Part shown: positions 59,453 to 64,000 of the stretch, one piece after another
How the letters are laid out: every line of letters starts with the position of its first letter
How positions within the stretch are numbered: the first letter of the stretch is position 1
NCBI GenBank assembly: GCA_963663965.2
Contig: CAXXFK010000006.1
Coordinates: forward strand, 128,001 to 192,000
Direction of reading: 5' to 3'
DNA from: Sedimentisphaerales bacterium
GTDB taxonomy: Bacteria; Planctomycetota; Phycisphaerae; Sedimentisphaerales; SM23-30
Length of the DNA: 64,000 nucleotides
The notes under the pieces: generated by a model
Told to the model about the DNA's origin: nothing
Databases searched by the model: none
The model's input: only the letters and a program-made list of their open reading frames with translations
Translations under genes and position numbers: made by a program

Positions 59453-62400
59453 TGGTGAATCGTTTACGAAAACAAATGGTACTGATAGCCGTATGGCTCA
59501 TATGGAATTCCTGGGCTCAGGCAATGATACTGGATGATTTTGAATCGGGCGCTTTTGATCCCGGTTGGGCCGCCACTTCCAGAGCTGTAGTGCAGTTCAA
59601 TCCAGGAAATGCGAGCGATGGCAGTGATTATTATGCCGTTATGACCAACGCCGCCGAAAATGGCGATGCGCTGGGCGCCTGGCTGGGTCGGGACGCAGAT
59701 GAAACCTGTGCCGACTTCAGCATAGCATTCGATTTCCGCTTTACTGATACCAATCAGCGTCAGATGAATATCCAGATTGGCCCTTCCAGTGTGGCGGTCA
59801 ACAATAATACCGGCAGTAATATTTGTATCAATTTTGCCTATGATGGTGTGGATAACCGATTCGAAGCTTACAATGGCTCCTGGCAGCCCTTGACCAGTCT
59901 GCCCACGAACCTGCCGGATAATGTCTGGCATCGTGTTGTGATAACCGGTCGCCATTTCGGCACCAATGGCGCTCAATACGATATTACCGTAAATGGCATT
60001 ACCCAGACTGGAATAACTTATTTTCACGGAGCTGTCGTTGCACAAACCCATCAGATTGGAGGTTTCAATTTTAATGACCGGTTCGGCGACAATCCCGGAT
60101 TCGATGTTGATAATGTCAAGGGCTGGGCTGTTCTGCCGCCTGCCGTATCGGTGACAGAAACCGCAGGCGGCACCAAAGTGTTCGAAGCGGGTGAAACTTC
60201 CGATACTTTTTCATTGTCTCTTACCGCGCAACCGAAAGCCCCGGTTACGGTCACTCTAAAGATTCTGGATCATCCGGATCAGGTGAACCTGGATAAAACG
60301 GTTCTGACATATACTCCTGACAACTTTCGATATTTCCAGGTTGTAACGGTAACGGCGATCGATGACGCCGTCGCGGAAGCCCGCTATCATAATGTCCGAA
60401 TTGGCTTTTCCGTTACCAGTGCGGACCCTGATTATCATAATATGGGGGTTGCCGATCTGCCGGTGACAGTCGTCGACGATGAGACCGGGCCGGATTTTCC
60501 TGGCTTCAGTGGAATCTATCCCCATCTGGCGGTGACCAACAATACCGCCAATGAATGCGGGATCGGTGCGATTGTCGCCTGGGCCGGTTCGCTCTGGTAT
60601 GTTACCTATTCACCGCACGCGCCTGCCGGCAGCAGCGGAGACAAGCTTTATCAGCTTCGTACCGATCTGGAGCCGGTTATCCGGCCCGAAAGCATAGGCG
60701 GCACACCGGCCAATCGCATGATCCATCCGGAATCCGATCAATTGATCATTTCCAATTATCTGATTGACGGCCAGGCCAATGTCCGGACCATTCCTTTTAC
60801 CTCGCTTTATGGCCGCATGACCGCCAATGCCCGCCATCTGACCGATCCGGCCAATAAAGTGTATTACTTTACAATGGAAGATGGTTTGTATGAAGTGGAT
60901 GTCAATACCCTTGCCGTGACGGAACTGCACCGCGACCGCAACCGCGGCGGCGATGATATGGTTCCGGGCGATCACGGTAAAGGCGCATATTCGGGGCAGG
61001 GCCGGCTGGTGGTTGCCAACAACGGTCTCGATAACGGCGGCGACGGCACGCTTTCGGAATGGAATGGCGTGGGCGATCCGGATACGCCGTCAAGCTGGGT
61101 CGAAATCGACCGCAATCAATATACCGAAGTGACCGGTCCGGGAGGAATCTATGGCAACCTCAATAACGACGATCCGCTCTGGAGTCTTGGCTGGGATCAT
61201 AAATCCGTACTGCTTCAAGTCTGCGACAACGGTGCCTGGAAACAGTTCCGGTTGCCCAAGGGCAGTTATACGCAGGATGACGCTGACGGCTGGTATACCG
61301 AGTGGCCCCGCATCCGCGAGGCGGCCCCGGACCGGTTGATGATGGATATGCACTGCCTTCTTTATGAGTTTCCCATTACTTTCAGACATGCCAATACGGC
61401 CGGAATTATGCCGCTGTCTTCCCACCTGACGATGATTGTCGATTGGGAACAGTGGAATGACCGGCTGGTTCTGGCTTGTAACGATGTCTCGCCATTCGGT
61501 TCGTCTCTGCTTGGTGGTATCACCCAATCTAATCTCCGTTTTACCTCGATGGATGAACTGGATGGACTGGGCCGCCCCCTGGGGTGGGGCGGGCCCTGGG
61601 TCAAAGAACCGGTGGCGGCCAACCAAGCTTCCGAACCGTTTCTGATCAACGGCTTTACCCACCGCGTCATTCACTTTGCCCATACGAATCCGGTATCGGT
61701 GACTTTATCCATTGAACTGGATCGGAACGGCGATAGTCAGTGGGTTGATTTCGATTCTTTTGCAGTTGGTCCGGCCGGTTATGGTTATTATCTTCTGCCC
61801 GCGGACTTACAAGCTCAATGGATTCGTTTCAGGATCGATACCGCCGTTAACTCGGCCACCGTATTCCTCTATTGCAGCACGGATTCACAAAAGGTGGATG
61901 GCTCCATGTTCCGAAGCCTGGCGGATAGCGGAACGGCCCGTTCTTATTCATCGGGAATTCTGCATCCAATCAACAGCAGCGATTTAAAGCTTGAATTTGC
62001 CGCTGATATTGTTGACGATTCCGGTAATATTATCGAAACAGGTTATTATGTTGTCGGCCAGGATATGAAACTGGCCCGCGTTGACAATCCGGTCGCGGAA
62101 TCGGCTGTCCGTACCAGTTTTAAAACCCGGCTTGAGTTTTCCGAAGATGATGCCTCCGTTATCGTGGGCGGATTCCGGTTGCCCAAGTCCGATCCGGATT
62201 ATGCAAGTCCCTTTGCTTCCGGCTGGCCTCGCGGCATTCGCGAGGTGGTTACCGAGCGGAATCTCATGAATATTCACGGTACTTTTTATGAATATCCCAC
62301 CGCGCTAGACGGTACCGATGTCTTACTGAAGATTCGTCCGATTACCACGCATCATAAAAAGATTTTCGATTTCTGTTCCTGGCGCGGCATGCTGGTTCTA

Positions 62401-62970
62401 TCCGGCAATTTCGCCGCCGCCGAAAACGACGTCCATTATGTGCCTTCCACCGATGGCAAAACCGGGCTTTGGTTTGGCAATGTTGACGATCTGTTTGCGC
62501 TGGGTGTTCCCGGCGGATGGGGTGGCCCCTGGAAGAATACACCGGTTTTAGCCAATAATCCCTCCGATCCCTATCTGATGACCGGGTACGACCATAAGCG
62601 GGTCAGTTTATCTCACAATCTGGACGAACCGGTAACCATGACCATCCAGGTTGATTTCCTGGCCAACGGCACTTGGTGCGATTATGGTTCTTTTGTTGTA
62701 CCGCCCGGCCAGACGGTTGAGCATGTTTTTCCCGATGGCTATCAGGCCCATTGGGTGCGGCTCAAAACCAACAAAGCCAGTACCGCAACCGCCTGGTTTG
62801 TTTATAATCCGCCATGCGATGGCAGCGAGGGGCTGGCTGATCTGGTGTGTCTGGCCCGACAATGGCTCTCGGCCGGCTGTGGTTACTGTGAAGGTGTCGA
62901 TCTGACACTGGATGGCCGGGTCAATCTGCAAGACTGGGCGGTAATGGCCCTCCACTGGTTGCAAATTTGA
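59449..62970 (+). CDS. Secreted multidomain protein: lectin-like + Calx-beta/Ig-like + unknown-function family domain + dockerin-like C-terminus
   Basis: 'VTVTAIDD...VTVVDDE' Calx-like segment; 'SGIYPHLA...GGTPANRMIH...EWPRIRE...SDPYLMTGYD'; C-terminal 'DLTLDGRVNLQDWAVMALHWL'. Confidence 0.78.
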   Translation: MMVNRLRKQMVLIAVWLIWNSWAQAMILDDFESGAFDPGWAATSRAVVQFNPGNASDGSDYYAVMTNAAENGDALGAWLGRDADETCADFSIAFDFRFTDTNQRQMNIQIGPSSVAVNNNTGSNICINFAYDGVDNRFEAYNGSWQPLTSLPTNLPDNVWHRVVITGRHFGTNGAQYDITVNGITQTGITYFHGAVVAQTHQIGGFNFNDRFGDNPGFDVDNVKGWAVLPPAVSVTETAGGTKVFEAGETSDTFSLSLTAQPKAPVTVTLKILDHPDQVNLDKTVLTYTPDNFRYFQVVTVTAIDDAVAEARYHNVRIGFSVTSADPDYHNMGVADLPVTVVDDETGPDFPGFSGIYPHLAVTNNTANECGIGAIVAWAGSLWYVTYSPHAPAGSSGDKLYQLRTDLEPVIRPESIGGTPANRMIHPESDQLIISNYLIDGQANVRTIPFTSLYGRMTANARHLTDPANKVYYFTMEDGLYEVDVNTLAVTELHRDRNRGGDDMVPGDHGKGAYSGQGRLVVANNGLDNGGDGTLSEWNGVGDPDTPSSWVEIDRNQYTEVTGPGGIYGNLNNDDPLWSLGWDHKSVLLQVCDNGAWKQFRLPKGSYTQDDADGWYTEWPRIREAAPDRLMMDMHCLLYEFPITFRHANTAGIMPLSSHLTMIVDWEQWNDRLVLACNDVSPFGSSLLGGITQSNLRFTSMDELDGLGRPLGWGGPWVKEPVAANQASEPFLINGFTHRVIHFAHTNPVSVTLSIELDRNGDSQWVDFDSFAVGPAGYGYYLLPADLQAQWIRFRIDTAVNSATVFLYCSTDSQKVDGSMFRSLADSGTARSYSSGILHPINSSDLKLEFAADIVDDSGNIIETGYYVVGQDMKLARVDNPVAESAVRTSFKTRLEFSEDDASVIVGGFRLPKSDPDYASPFASGWPRGIREVVTERNLMNIHGTFYEYPTALDGTDVLLKIRPITTHHKKIFDFCSWRGMLVLSGNFAAAENDVHYVPSTDGKTGLWFGNVDDLFALGVPGGWGGPWKNTPVLANNPSDPYLMTGYDHKRVSLSHNLDEPVTMTIQVDFLANGTWCDYGSFVVPPGQTVEHVFPDGYQAHWVRLKTNKASTATAWFVYNPPCDGSEGLADLVCLARQWLSAGCGYCEGVDLTLDGRVNLQDWAVMALHWLQI

Positions 62971-63001
62971 ATTGAAACAACGGCACAAGGAGTCCGCTTA
63001 A

Positions 63002-64000
63002 ATGAGACCTTTCACACTGACTTGCCATTTGATTACTGCGATCATTCTGGTCGGTATTGGACTTGTCAACGCCCAATCCGGTCCGGTTCCCATCGCGCCG
63101 GTATCGGCGACCGCGAGCAGCAGTCGTGACTCTTATCCAGCCGCCAAAGCGATCGATGGCAAAATCAGCGATGCATCCCGTTGGGTCAGTGAGGCCTCGG
63201 CCAGTCCAGCTTGGCTTGAGATTGATCTGGGTGCCAGTCGCAAGTTGGCGGGCATTCATCTTTATTCCGGTTACGGCGACCGGGATCCCATCCAGGATTT
63301 TGCGGTTCAGTTTTGGACCGAGGGGCAGTGGCGCGACATCCCATCCGCTCAAATCAAAAATAACAGATCCGTGGCGCTGGCGATTCCTTTCGATGATACG
63401 CTGGCCGTAACAGCCGACCGGATTCGTCTCTGGATTACCGCCAGCCATCAGGATACCGCGCGTGTCAAAGAGGTGGTGATCTGGCCGGCCGGACAGGGTG
63501 ATTTGCCGCCCATACTGCAGGCCAACAACCCATCCGGCGAAGTTATGCCTCCTCTTATCTATCTCAACCAGAGCGGTTTTGACAGCGGCAAACCCAAGCG
63601 GTTTACCGCGCCAACCCTGCCGGATGGCACCTCTTTTTCGATCCAGGTTGCCGGGGGTGGGCCTGACCTGTTCGCGGGGGTAATCATCAAGCACATTGGG
63701 GATTTTTCCCCCTTTGAACCCAATGACAACCGGGAGTATGCGGTGGTGGCGGCCGGTATCCGCTCGGTTCCGTTTCGCATCGGCAACTGGTGGCTGGAGC
63801 GGGTGACCTATCAGAACGCCGTCAATTTTATGATTGACAGCCGCCACTATGTCGGCAATGAACGTGCGACTTGCGCCGGTTCTTTCGGCTGGCGCGACGA
63901 CCATCATTTTGGCTGGGAACTTCACACCCTGATACCCCAATATCTGTCCAACCCCTCCGCCTATGACCGCATGCCCCGTCAGGTCCGTTATGAGCAGCCG
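63002..64000 (+). CDS. Secreted F5/8 (discoidin) domain protein with following Ig-like domain, partial (runs off the window; absent from the ORF track)
   Basis: ATG 63002 after AAGGAG. My translation: MRPFTLTCHLITAIILVGIGLVNAQ...ATASS...AIDGKISDASRW...WLEIDLG...IYLNQSGFD; no stop before the window end. Confidence 0.82.
   Translation, partial: MRPFTLTCHLITAIILVGIGLVNAQSGPVPIAPVSATASSSRDSYPAAKAIDGKISDASRWVSEASASPAWLEIDLGASRKLAGIHLYSGYGDRDPIQDFAVQFWTEGQWRDIPSAQIKNNRSVALAIPFDDTLAVTADRIRLWITASHQDTARVKEVVIWPAGQGDLPPILQANNPSGEVMPPLIYLNQSGFDSGKPKRFTAPTLPDGTSFSIQVAGGGPDLFAGVIIKHIGDFSPFEPNDNREYAVVAAGIRSVPFRIGNWWLERVTYQNAVNFMIDSRHYVGNERATCAGSFGWRDDHHFGWELHTLIPQYLSNPSAYDRMPRQVRYEQP

Noticed and set aside
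62921..63940. 339-aa minus-strand ORF
   Set aside because: Antisense shadow of the plus-strand F5/8-domain gene starting at 63002, which has an RBS, signal peptide and recognisable motifs.

Overview
64-kb window from what looks like an anaerobic planctomycete (Phycisphaerae/Sedimentisphaerales-like, inferred from protein style: dockerin-like C-terminal motifs, a prepilin/H-X9-DG protein, ECF sigma plus FecR-NPCBM). It is a large carbohydrate-utilisation region. (1) 1-9196: sugar/amino-sugar catabolic operon (M20 deacylase, Zn-dehydrogenase, UlaG-like lactonase, SSS transporter, GH32/43-like::ADP-ribosylglycohydrolase fusion, GH113, class III aminotransferase). (2) 9.3-10.8 kb: a decayed DDE-integrase IS with ~44-bp inverted repeats. 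(3) 10.8-31.1 kb: AraC, rhaM, rhaT, a UroD/MtaA-like gene and a glycosidase array (DUF5703/GH139-like, GH29, GH106, GH127/146, GH43, GH27, GH29). (4) 31.3-48 kb, minus strand: ECF sigma/anti-sigma, two paralogous modular secreted proteins, two hydrazine-synthase-alpha-like diheme proteins with lectin-like modules, and a beta-propeller+diheme CCP-like protein (HzsB/C-like architecture). (5) 48.5-64 kb: a XylR-type regulon with two matching operator/promoters, a decaying pilin-like/FAD-oxidoreductase/SSS operon and two paralogues of an uncharacterised secreted family. The top leads are the hydrazine-synthase-like complex inside a glycan locus and a four-copy family of ~100-150-nt rod-like palindromic intergenic elements that are always co-oriented with the flanking genes. 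All family calls come from motif recognition by eye; no searches were run.
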